This document shows, one piece after another, positions 1 to 8,251 of a stretch of DNA of 12,483 bases (positions are counted from its first letter, which is position 1; the number at the start of each line of letters is the position of its first letter). Location: contig MEZH01000008.1 in assembly GCA_001775995.1 (NCBI GenBank), forward strand, positions 2,394-14,876. Reading direction: 5' to 3'. This DNA comes from Candidatus Bathyarchaeota archaeon RBG_16_48_13. GTDB lineage: Archaea; Thermoproteota; Bathyarchaeia; RBG-16-48-13. The position numbers and the translations under genes are program-made. The notes under the pieces are model-generated. The model searched no databases. It was not told the DNA's origin and was given only the letters and a program-made list of their open reading frames with translations.

Positions 1-2766
1 CGATGCTGCTTCATCGGCATCTATTCCTCTGCCAGCCAAAACTACCACGGCCACCTTGCCGAATTTCTCTACTAACTCTGCTGAACGTCTGGCTCTCTCC
101 AGAAGAGACTTATCTCTTTCAGAAGAGACGTTGCCTTTCTTGTTGAGCAGTTTCCTGAGGTTTTCCAGAGACTCAGGTAGTGAAGCTATTCGCGGTGATC
201 CGCACTCAGGACATTTCAGGGTCGTCGGGAGGTCAAATAGGCGAATTGTATCTGCGTAGTCCCAGTTCTCCATGCACATGAGGGTTCGGACCTCGTCCAA
301 GAGTCGAACTTTGGTCGATTCTATGATTATCCTCCTCATTTTTTCGGGAGGTATCAAGTCGGTCTTTCTGCCTATCTCCTCTATTCCGATTCTAGCCAGG
401 GGGCTTAGCTGCCCATAGGTCTCAAGAATCTCTATCGAGATTCTGCCTTCTGCTATCTCTTTCAGGAAGCTGCGGGTTGAGTCTACGTCAAGGTCGTTGG
501 CCAAGAGGTCTTTCTTCGTCTCATCCAAGATGGCCGAGCCTTCAAGACTGGAAATGATCTGGCTTAGGTTGACGTTGCTTGCATCCACTTCTTTTGATAT
601 CGCGCCGAACTTCCGCGCCACGTTTATTAATCTTCTCTTGAAGAGGCCCGTGTTCGTCAGAGATTTTAGGGCTATTTCTTTTATGTTAGTACGAGTCAGT
701 TCCATGAAAGCATTTTTCACATCAATAGGGGAGAATTCGTCGCCTCGGATTACAATGCGGTATGGATCCTGTTGCACACCCACGGCCAATCCCTTTTTTT
801 CAGAAAGGACGAAACCCAAGAGACGGGAGAGAGTCCTGTTGACAAGCGTTCCTGCACTGCATTGAACAATTATGTAGTTCTCCCATAGCTCCACAGTAAT
901 TCTCTTGTCAGTGGGTGAAGGGAGGTGCCTCTCAACCTGTTCCCTGACCTCAGATAGGCCTCTCTCAAAAGTCTCGACGCGAAACATATAGGTGTCTGCG
1001 AAAAGACGTGAAACCTCTTCCAGAGTAGAACCTTCTTGAAGCTTCTCTGCAGTATCGCCCCTTATACCTCCCACCTCTAAGGCGATCTCGCTAGGAACAG
1101 GTATCTCTTCACCAACCCAGCTTGGGATGGCTCCTGTCGGATCATCAACGGCCTTCACATAAATCTTGTCACCGTAAACATGGAGTACTTTCCAAGGTGC
1201 TCCTCTCATAATGAATTTCGTTCCCGGTTCACCGTACTCTGAAATAAACGCTTCGTCTAAAACCCCAACAGGTTGGTCGCTCTCCTCATCAATTACGAGA
1301 TAATGTTTCGCCTCAGGTATCATGGACATATTTTCAAAGTAGTAATTGTAGAGATCTTTTGTTGCGCTCGGCCTCATGAATATTCTATCTCTCCGCGATG
1401 ACCAAGCTAAGCGAGGATACCTAGAATGCATGTAATCCAAGACTTTGGCTAATTCATCTTCAGAAAGGCTTCTGAATGGATATGCCCTTCTGAATATTCT
1501 CAATGCTTCATCGAAGGTCCACGATCTCTTCTGAATAAGGAACCCAGCGACTTGATGTGCTAGAACGTCAAGGGGACATTCTGGCACGGCTAAGGGCTCC
1601 AACTCCTCCCTCAGGGCGTGTCTAGAGATCACCAAAGCCTCCAAGGTATCGTCTGAATCCATAGTTATGATCACACCTTCTGCTTTTTGGCCTATTTTAT
1701 GTCCGCTCCTTCCAACTCGCTGCAATAGACGAGTCACCTGCCTGGGCGAGTTATATTGAATGCAAAGGTCTATCCTTCCGACGTCTATTCCCAGCTCTAG
1801 AGACGAAGTGCAGACTATGCCTTTCAATTTTCCAGATTTCAGATCATCCTCCGTGGCAATTCTGGAGAATTTCGCCAGAGAACCATGATGAATACTAATC
1901 GGAAACTTCGCATCCCAAACCTTGAATCGACTCGCCAAGACCTCGGCTATCGAGCGAGTATTGGTGAATAGGAGGGTTGAGTTGTGCTCCTCAATAAGAC
2001 GCTTCATGACGCGCAAACGAGCTGCAACATCAGCGTGGGTATAAAGTCGTGAGGCTAATTCCAGATCTTCTTCCTTTGGTTCAGGATATTGAACATCGAG
2101 CTTCATGTACCGGGCTACGGGCACTTGAACTATGTTGTAAGGTCTGTCAACTCCAACTAGAAATTGCGCAACCCTCTCAGGGGTCCCAATAGTGGCTGAT
2201 AAGCCTATTAGCTGGAAATCCTTTCGCGTGATCTCGCGAAGCCTCTCCAAGGCTATCGAAAGCTGTGACCCCCTTTTGTCACTTGCCAGCTCATGAATTT
2301 CGTCTATGATGACCCATCGTATAGCTTCGAGGTGTCTCCCTATCTTCCTGCCCACGAGTACGGCTTGAAGGGTTTCAGGGGTAGTTATCAAGAGGTCTGG
2401 CGGACTGAGAGCTTGCCGACTTCTCTCGGTGGTATCCGTGTCCCCGTGCCTCACAGCTACTTTGAGGTCGAGCTTTCTGCACCACCAACTCAGCCTTCCC
2501 AGAAGGTCTCTATTCAGCGCCCTCAGCGGGGTTATGTAGAGAATCTTGATTCCAGGGCGCCTATCAGCCATCAGTATCAATTGATTCAGAATTGGAAGAA
2601 ATGCAGCCTCTGTCTTCCCAGTGCCAGTAGGAGCCATGAGAAGGACATTCTTGCCATCCCGAATTAGCGGGATAGCTGCGATTTGAGGCTCAGTGGGCTC
2701 ATGAAAACCTCTCTCATGAAGTGCCGTTCGCATAGGTTTTGACAGATAAGAGAAAACATCGTCCAT
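1..2766 (-). CDS. lhr: Lhr-family (large helicase-related) SF2 DEAH-box ATP-dependent helicase, 3'-truncated by the window edge (at least 922 aa)
   Basis: Translated by hand, as it is not in the ORF track. It starts MDDVFSYLSKPMRTALHERGFHEPTEPQ (ATG at 2766) and reads open to base 1. Motifs: Walker A APTGTGKT (2634-2611), YITPLRALNRD, VRHGDT, LITTPETL, DEIH (2304-2293), SAT, HHGSL, CTSSLELGID, QRVGRSGH (1722-1699), the Lhr-typical IPSWVGE (1128-1108) and a C-terminal CPECGS. Confidence 0.95.
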   Translation of the reverse strand, partial: MDDVFSYLSKPMRTALHERGFHEPTEPQIAAIPLIRDGKNVLLMAPTGTGKTEAAFLPILNQLILMADRRPGIKILYITPLRALNRDLLGRLSWWCRKLDLKVAVRHGDTDTTERSRQALSPPDLLITTPETLQAVLVGRKIGRHLEAIRWVIIDEIHELASDKRGSQLSIALERLREITRKDFQLIGLSATIGTPERVAQFLVGVDRPYNIVQVPVARYMKLDVQYPEPKEEDLELASRLYTHADVAARLRVMKRLIEEHNSTLLFTNTRSIAEVLASRFKVWDAKFPISIHHGSLAKFSRIATEDDLKSGKLKGIVCTSSLELGIDVGRIDLCIQYNSPRQVTRLLQRVGRSGHKIGQKAEGVIITMDSDDTLEALVISRHALREELEPLAVPECPLDVLAHQVAGFLIQKRSWTFDEALRIFRRAYPFRSLSEDELAKVLDYMHSRYPRLAWSSRRDRIFMRPSATKDLYNYYFENMSMIPEAKHYLVIDEESDQPVGVLDEAFISEYGEPGTKFIMRGAPWKVLHVYGDKIYVKAVDDPTGAIPSWVGEEIPVPSEIALEVGGIRGDTAEKLQEGSTLEEVSRLFADTYMFRVETFERGLSEVREQVERHLPSPTDKRITVELWENYIIVQCSAGTLVNRTLSRLLGFVLSEKKGLAVGVQQDPYRIVIRGDEFSPIDVKNAFMELTRTNIKEIALKSLTNTGLFKRRLINVARKFGAISKEVDASNVNLSQIISSLEGSAILDETKKDLLANDLDVDSTRSFLKEIAEGRISIEILETYGQLSPLARIGIEEIGRKTDLIPPEKMRRIIIESTKVRLLDEVRTLMCMENWDYADTIRLFDLPTTLKCPECGSPRIASLPESLENLRKLLNKKGNVSSERDKSLLERARRSAELVEKFGKVAVVVLAGRGIDADEAAS

Positions 2767-2793
2767 ATGCTTTCCGAGTCCTTGTACGATAAC

Positions 2794-2803
2794 AAATAAA
2801 TAA
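2794..2803 (-). promoter_or_regulatory. Possible TATA-like element for lhr
   Basis: TTATTTATTT on the minus strand, 28-37 nt upstream of the lhr ATG. No clear purine-rich BRE precedes it. Confidence 0.3.
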
Positions 2804-2851
2804 GGAGGGACAGTAAAAAACGTATGATCAGCGCAAGGGTTTGAAAAGCCT

Positions 2852-2865
2852 GGAAAAGTTTTTAT
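2852..2865 (+). promoter_or_regulatory. Archaeal BRE plus TATA-box promoter of the psmA-exosome operon
   Basis: GGAAAAG followed directly by TTTTTAT, about 45 nt upstream of the psmA ATG. An SD-like GAGGT lies at 2898-2902. Confidence 0.6.
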
Positions 2866-2908
2866 CGAAAGGATTGCATGAAAGGGGAGGACAATTAGAG
2901 GTTTTAAT

Positions 2909-3652
2909 ATGGCAATGTTCGCAGCTCCTGGCGCCTATGACCGCGCAATAACCGTCTTCTCACCTGATGGACGGCTCTTCCAAGTTGAGTACGCCCTAGA
3001 AACGGTCAGAAGAGGCTCAACCGTTCTTGGAATAACCTGTAAAGAGGGAGTGGTCTTCGCTGCTGAGGAGAAGGTAACTTCAAAGCTCCAAGATCCTAGC
3101 TTTTCTTGGAAGATTTTCCAAATCGATGAACATGCGGCGGCGGCAATAGCCGGTCTAAGCTCTGACGCAAGAATTCTCATAGATCAGGCTAGAGTCCATG
3201 CCCAAAGCAACAGACTCACATATGATGAACCTATCGATGTGGAGAGTCTCTCGAAGAGAATAGGCGACATAAAACAAATGTATACTCAACATGCAGGAGT
3301 CAGACCATTCGGAGTCTCCATGGTTTTGGGAGGGGTCGACAAGGCTGGTAGTCGGCTCTTCGTTACTGACCCTAGCGGCGCTTATTGGGGATATAAGGCG
3401 ACAGCAATAGGTGCTGGAAGCGAAACCGTCAAGGAACTTCTTGAGGCTGAGTACAAAATAGGAATGAAGCTGGAAGAGGCCATAGTTTTGGCCGTAAACT
3501 GTATGACAAAAGTTATAGAGGGCAAGATAGAGGCACAAAAAGTCAAGATCGCTATAATCCCGAGTGAAACGGCCAAGTTCAGGCGTCTAACTGACGAGGA
3601 AGTTGAAGGATACATAGCTTTGTACGAGCAGCAGAAGGCCCAACCTAAGTAA
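2909..3652 (+). CDS. psmA: Proteasome 20S core alpha subunit
   Basis: N-terminal signature YDRAITVFSPDGRLFQVEYA, plus GL.SDAR, RPFGVS and DPSG motifs; 247 aa. Confidence 0.98.
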   Translation: MAMFAAPGAYDRAITVFSPDGRLFQVEYALETVRRGSTVLGITCKEGVVFAAEEKVTSKLQDPSFSWKIFQIDEHAAAAIAGLSSDARILIDQARVHAQSNRLTYDEPIDVESLSKRIGDIKQMYTQHAGVRPFGVSMVLGGVDKAGSRLFVTDPSGAYWGYKATAIGAGSETVKELLEAEYKIGMKLEEAIVLAVNCMTKVIEGKIEAQKVKIAIIPSETAKFRRLTDEEVEGYIALYEQQKAQPK

Positions 3653-4341
3653 TGAGCGAGAAATTCACCACAGCCAGAATGTCAATCGGCGGCGAGCATT
3701 TCGAAATTCTTGTATCGCCTCAAGCCGCCCAAGATTACAGATCTGGACGGTCTGTGGAGCTATCTCAAGTTCTTGTCATAGAAGAAATCTTCGCCGATGC
3801 CAACAAGGGGATGAAAGCCTCCGAGGAAAAACTCAATGCGGCCTTCAAAACCACGGATATACTGAAGATAGCTGACCATATACTGAAGAAGGGTGAACTT
3901 CAGCTCACCACTGAGCAAAGAAGACAAATGGTCGAAGAGAAGAGAAGACAAATTGTCAATTTCATAAGCAGAAACTGTGTTGATCCACGCTCAGGTCTGC
4001 CTCATCCAGTAACCAGAATTGAACAGGCCATGGAACAAATCCGTCTTGTCATAGATCCATTCAAGGACGCCGAAGAACAGGCAAGGAACGTTATTGATGA
4101 CTTGAGACCAATACTGCCTCTGAAAATGGAACAGATAAGAGTAGCCATAAAAATCCCTGCAGAGTACGCTGCAAAGGCTTATGGTTCCATAAAGGCATTA
4201 GGGTCTATAAAACAGGAAGAATGGCAGGCAGACGGATCCATCGTAGCCGTGATAGAGATCCCAGCTGGAGTTCAAATCTCGCTGATGGAGAAACTTGGAA
4301 AGGTAACACAAGGCAATGCGCAAGTCAAGATCCTCAGGTAA
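3652..4341 (+). CDS. SBDS/Sdo1-family ribosome maturation protein
   Basis: HFEILV, IFADANKG, LQLTTEQRR and NCVDPRSGLPHPVTRIE motifs. It overlaps psmA by TAATG and occupies the canonical position between psmA and rrp4. Confidence 0.96.
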   Translation: MSEKFTTARMSIGGEHFEILVSPQAAQDYRSGRSVELSQVLVIEEIFADANKGMKASEEKLNAAFKTTDILKIADHILKKGELQLTTEQRRQMVEEKRRQIVNFISRNCVDPRSGLPHPVTRIEQAMEQIRLVIDPFKDAEEQARNVIDDLRPILPLKMEQIRVAIKIPAEYAAKAYGSIKALGSIKQEEWQADGSIVAVIEIPAGVQISLMEKLGKVTQGNAQVKILR

Positions 4342-4350
4342 GTATTTGCC

Positions 4351-4376
4351 GAAAGAAAAAATAAAGCATAAATAAT
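4351..4376 (+). promoter_or_regulatory. Possible internal promoter upstream of rrp4
   Basis: An A-rich run followed by CATAAATA (4367-4374), in the only long AT-rich spacer (about 100 nt) within the psmA-pfdB cluster. Confidence 0.35.
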
Positions 4377-4443
4377 GTATCTATGTTCTCAAATAGAAGG
4401 CAAGAGAAGAAACTTAGAGTATTGAATTACTCCTAATCTGAGT

Positions 4444-5199
4444 ATGCAGGAAGATAGAATAATGTCCATACATGTTGAGAAAAGGCAATTGGTCATACCC
4501 GGAGACATTCTGGCTGAGAAGGATTTCGTAGCAGGAGAGAACACTTATTCAGATGGCAAAAAGTTGTGTTCATCTGTTATAGGTCTGACGGAAGCCGAAG
4601 GGAATAGGATTTCTGTGATACCCTTGAAGGGATGTTATATGCCGCTCGTTGGGGACCTTGTCATAGGCAAAGTTATTGACGTGGGATTGAGCGGCTGGAC
4701 TTTGAACATAAACTCTCCTTACCCGGGGGTCCTCTTCGCTTCCGAGGTCTTCGGTAGATCTTTTGATCCTAAGAAAGACGAACTAACCCAAGCCTTTGAT
4801 GTAGGAGACATGGCTCTCGCCAAGGTTGCAGCTTTTGAGAGGACGAGAGACCCAATGCTCTCAATACGGGATGTAGGTCTGGGGAGAATAACGAGAGGAA
4901 GAATTACGGAGATTACCCCATCGAAGATCCCTCGGCTAATAGGCAAGAAGGGATCCATGATTTCGATGCTGAAGCGGGAGACGGAATGCAATATCACAGT
5001 CGCCCAGAACGGAATAGTTCTGATCAGTTGCAAGAACCCGAAAGATGAGGACCTAGTTATAAGCGCCATAAGAAAAGTTGAGGCTGAGGCGCATCTGACA
5101 GGTCTTACGGATAGAGTGAGTGAGATGATAAGAAAAGAAAAGGGGACGACACTCCAAGCACCTAAAGGTGAAAATGATGTATCTGGAAAAGTATCCTGA
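4444..5199 (+). CDS. rrp4: Exosome RNA-binding cap subunit Rrp4 (S1 + KH); alternative start ATG at 4462
   Basis: LVIPGDIL N-terminus, S1 domain ([21 protein letters not shown]) and KH loop [12 protein letters not shown]. Confidence 0.96.
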   Translation: MQEDRIMSIHVEKRQLVIPGDILAEKDFVAGENTYSDGKKLCSSVIGLTEAEGNRISVIPLKGCYMPLVGDLVIGKVIDVGLSGWTLNINSPYPGVLFASEVFGRSFDPKKDELTQAFDVGDMALAKVAAFERTRDPMLSIRDVGLGRITRGRITEITPSKIPRLIGKKGSMISMLKRETECNITVAQNGIVLISCKNPKDEDLVISAIRKVEAEAHLTGLTDRVSEMIRKEKGTTLQAPKGENDVSGKVS

Positions 5200-5947
5200 A
5201 AGATTGATAGATGAAGAAGGAAACAGGTTAGACGGTAGGAAATTTGACGAACTTCGTCCGATAAAGATTGAAGTTGGGACCCTGGAGAAGGCTGATGGCT
5301 CAGCCTACATCGAACAGGGGAAGAACAAAATCTTAGCTGCTGTCTTTGGGCCAAGAGAAGCTCACCCAAGGCATCTAGCTATGCCTGACAAAGCTCTTCT
5401 GAGGTGCAGGTATCATATGGCGCCCTTCTCAACGAACACTAGGAAATCTCCGGCACCCTCCCGTAGGGAACATGAACTATCCAAGGTAACCAGGGAGGCG
5501 TTAGCACCAGTGCTCTTCCTAGAGCGATTTCCAAGGACCTCCATAGACGTCTTTATTGAGATTCTCCAATCTGATGGAGGAACTCGTTGCGCTGGAATTG
5601 TGGCTGCATCTCTGGCATTGGCCGACGCTGGAATACCTATCAGAGACCTTGTGACAGCCGTTTCAGCTGGGAAAATCGACGATCAGATAGTTTTGGATCT
5701 GGACGATATTGAGGATAAGGCAGGTCAAGCGGACTTGCCAGTCGCGATGTTACCTCAGTCTGGAAGCATCACGCTTCTCCAAATGGACGGGGAATTCAGC
5801 AAGGACGAGTTTGAGACCGCCCTGAATCTTGCCATCGAGGGATGCAAGAAGATAAGCATCATGCAAAAGGAAGCGCTGAGAGAAAAATACGCTGCGCCAA
5901 GAGAAGAGGCGCACGAAGATGAAAAAAGTCAGGAGAAGGAGGCATAA
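5174..5947 (+). CDS. rrp41: Exosome catalytic RNase PH-like subunit Rrp41
   Basis: [30 protein letters not shown], an SRR arginine pair, DGGTR and DLDDIED..GQADLP. I placed the start at ATG 5174, after the SD AGGTGA (5166-5171), rather than at GTG 5168. Confidence 0.97.
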   Translation: MMYLEKYPERLIDEEGNRLDGRKFDELRPIKIEVGTLEKADGSAYIEQGKNKILAAVFGPREAHPRHLAMPDKALLRCRYHMAPFSTNTRKSPAPSRREHELSKVTREALAPVLFLERFPRTSIDVFIEILQSDGGTRCAGIVAASLALADAGIPIRDLVTAVSAGKIDDQIVLDLDDIEDKAGQADLPVAMLPQSGSITLLQMDGEFSKDEFETALNLAIEGCKKISIMQKEALREKYAAPREEAHEDEKSQEKEA

Positions 5948-5950
5948 ACC

Positions 5951-6766
5951 ATGTCTAGCGCATTCATGGAGATAGCATCTAAGATAAAGCATAAGCAGAT
6001 CGCCGATTTGATCAAAAGAGAAAAAAGGTTGGATGGTCGAACCCTAACCGAATACAGAGATATAGAGATACTAGTGGGACCAATAACGAAGGCAGAGGGA
6101 TCAGCTCAGGTCTCCTTGGGCAAAACCAAGGTTCTAGTGGGCGTCAAGATAGACATAGGCGAACCCTTCCCAGATACTCCCGAAGATGGGGTATTAACGG
6201 TCAATTCTGAGTTTCTACCGCTCGCCTCCCCCAGCTTTGAGACTGGTCCGCCTGACGAGAATTCAATAGAGTTGGCCAGAGTCGTGGACAGGGGCCTAAG
6301 AGAGTCCAAAGTCCTGGACACGAAGAAACTCTGTATATTGCCGGGAAAAAAGGTCTTCGTGATATTTGTCGATATATACATATTGGATCACGATGGAAAC
6401 CTTTTCGACGCGTCAGCGCTAGCCTCCCTAGTTGCAGTAATAACTGCAAAGATACCCAACTACGAAATTGAAGATGGGGAAGTGAAGATATTGGAGGGGC
6501 TCCAAGACCTTCCGGTGCAGGATTATCCAATAGCAACGACATTCGCCAAGATAGATAACAGTCTGATCGTAGATCCTACTCTTGAGGAAGAGAGTGCCAT
6601 GGAAGGACGCCTCACAATAACTACAAAACAGAACGGGAATATCTGTGCCATGCAGAAGGGCCTTGAGGGGACATTCACCGTCGAGGAAATCCAAAAAGCT
6701 GTAATAACTGCCCAAGAGAAGGGAGAGGAATTGAGGGCGAAAGCGTTGGGTGTCCGAAATGGTTAA
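5951..6766 (+). CDS. rrp42: Exosome RNase PH-like subunit Rrp42
   Basis: RLDGR, AEGSA.V.LG.TKV, FETGPPDENSIELARVVDRGLRES, DHDGNLFDAS and VDPTLEEE. Confidence 0.97.
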   Translation: MSSAFMEIASKIKHKQIADLIKREKRLDGRTLTEYRDIEILVGPITKAEGSAQVSLGKTKVLVGVKIDIGEPFPDTPEDGVLTVNSEFLPLASPSFETGPPDENSIELARVVDRGLRESKVLDTKKLCILPGKKVFVIFVDIYILDHDGNLFDASALASLVAVITAKIPNYEIEDGEVKILEGLQDLPVQDYPIATTFAKIDNSLIVDPTLEEESAMEGRLTITTKQNGNICAMQKGLEGTFTVEEIQKAVITAQEKGEELRAKALGVRNG

Positions 6767-7064
6767 GCGCAAGAAGCTCGGTCCCGTGGCGCGCCTTGGT
6801 GTTAGATACGGAGTCACACTGCGTAAAAGGCTTAGTAAAATTGAGGTCGAGATGAAGAAACCACATGAATGCCCTTCTTGCGGAGTAATAGCCGTCAAGA
6901 AGGTGAGTGTCGGTCTCTGGGGTTGCAGAAAATGCGGCTATACCTTCGCCGGAGGAGCTTACACGCCCTCTACCAAACTGGGAGAAGTTGCTAAGAGAGC
7001 TTCTAGAGGTACACCTTCCGAAGCAATCAAGGTAAGCGGGAAGGAGAAAGAAAAAGTAGAGTGA
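6759..7064 (+). CDS. rpl37ae: 50S ribosomal protein eL43 (L37Ae)
   Basis: GVRYG.TLRK, zinc finger CPSC...WGCRKC and FAGGAY.P. Start taken at ATG 6759 (the track uses GTG 6750); 8-nt overlap with rrp42. Confidence 0.95.
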   Translation: MVKRKKLGPVARLGVRYGVTLRKRLSKIEVEMKKPHECPSCGVIAVKKVSVGLWGCRKCGYTFAGGAYTPSTKLGEVAKRASRGTPSEAIKVSGKEKEKVE

Positions 7065-7576
7065 TATTACTAACTACTTCTAGAAGGCCTACGGCCACAA
7101 TCAGAGCCTTTTGCAGGTTTTTGGAGAAGACCATCCCGGGCTTAGTCAAGGTAAGCAGGGGAAAGTCCAGCATTAAGGATCTTCTGGATCAGGCCCTTCA
7201 ACTGAAAGCCGAAAAAATTATAATCATAGATCGGAGTAAGGGCGGCCCCAGCAGAATAGAGTGTTATGTCGCAAAAGACGGCGAAATGAGTCCATTTGCT
7301 CCAACGTTCTACCTAGGAGGCTTTAGGACCGTGAAGGAGCGCTTAGCGCCAGTTTCGTGCATAACATTTGAAGATAGCATCTCGGCGGAAGCGAAAAAAA
7401 GCGCAGAGGGATTGGCCAGACTATTTGACTTGAACATCTCTACCGGTCAACGGAATCTGAGGATCGGCCCGGCCCTACATGTTTCTCCTTATGGGACCAA
7501 GGGCGTAAAGGTATTTGTTGTCACAGAAAAAGGCTTTGGAAAGTCCTTCATCACCATAAATAGGACCGTGGCGTGA
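7061..7576 (+). CDS. Archaeal Brix/Imp4-like ribosome biogenesis protein (divergent)
   Basis: N-terminal ILLTTSRRPT..IRAFC..L and SRGKSS are typical of the Brix family. GTG start with a GTGA overlap; canonical position before pcc1. Confidence 0.8.
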   Translation: MILLTTSRRPTATIRAFCRFLEKTIPGLVKVSRGKSSIKDLLDQALQLKAEKIIIIDRSKGGPSRIECYVAKDGEMSPFAPTFYLGGFRTVKERLAPVSCITFEDSISAEAKKSAEGLARLFDLNISTGQRNLRIGPALHVSPYGTKGVKVFVVTEKGFGKSFITINRTVA

Positions 7577-7863
7577 TGAGAGAAAGAGTGTTGAGCGTAA
7601 AGCAGGCCAATTCGCTCATTGAGATAGAATTCGCATCTCCGAGGGAGGCAGAAGCCATCTTGAGTGCTCTCCTCCCTGAGGTTAAAGGCTCTAAGACCAG
7701 CAGATCCGAGATGGAAGTCGAAATAAAGGGAAAGGTTCTTATTCTGAAGATCAGCGCAAAAGATACTACTGCACTTAGGGCTATTGCCAATAGTTATCTC
7801 AGGTGGATCGCCACTACAAAAGAAATTAACGGACTGGTTGGAGGAAAAAGTACTAATGAGTGA
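7576..7863 (+). CDS. pcc1: KEOPS complex subunit Pcc1
   Basis: AEAILSALLPE and C-terminal SAKDTTALRAIANSYLRWI; about 95 aa, directly upstream of pfdB. The start is ATG 7576 (TGATG overlap) or GTG 7573. Confidence 0.88.
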   Translation: MRERVLSVKQANSLIEIEFASPREAEAILSALLPEVKGSKTSRSEMEVEIKGKVLILKISAKDTTALRAIANSYLRWIATTKEINGLVGGKSTNE

Positions 7864-8218
7864 GAGCACATTGCCACCGCAGCTCCAAGAACAGCTTGCC
7901 AGACTTCAGCAGCTTCAGCAGACCCTTCAAGTGGTCGTCGCTCAAAGACAACAATTAGAACTCGAAATGAACGAGACCGAAAGAGCGGTTGGAGAGCTTG
8001 AGAAGCAGAGTGACAACTCCGTGATCTACAAGTCAGTCGGTTCACTCCTGGTCAAGGCTGAAAGGACAGGGCTCCTGACGGAATTGAAGGAAAGAAAGGA
8101 ACTCCTGAGTACGCGAGTAGCGGTTTTGTCGAAGCAGGAAGAGAGAACCAGAGAGAAGCTCAAGGAACTCCAGCAGAGAATACAAGAAAGATTGAAGACG
8201 CCCTCTGCGGCCCAGTAA
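7856..8218 (+). CDS. pfdB: Prefoldin beta subunit
   Basis: LPPQLQEQL..LQQLQQ coiled coil, IYKSVGSLLVK hairpin and a second coiled coil. Start is ATG 7856 after SD GGAGG; the track's 7784 start overlaps pcc1. Confidence 0.95.
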   Translation: MSESTLPPQLQEQLARLQQLQQTLQVVVAQRQQLELEMNETERAVGELEKQSDNSVIYKSVGSLLVKAERTGLLTELKERKELLSTRVAVLSKQEERTREKLKELQQRIQERLKTPSAAQ

Positions 8219-8251
8219 CCCCCGTAATCGTTTGGAAATATAGTTTCATTA

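Noticed and set aside
56-2667. Plus-strand ORFs at 56-259, 497-865 and 2293-2667
   Set aside because: They are antisense shadows of the lhr gene and have no recognisable motifs.
4342-4443. Possible C/D-box sRNA (CTGA near 4438)
   Set aside because: There is no matching C box (RTGATGA) and no terminal stem.
7856-8218. Gln/Glu-rich repetitive codons in pfdB (CAGCAGCTTCAGCAG)
   Set aside because: This is normal coiled-coil composition and not a DNA repeat element.
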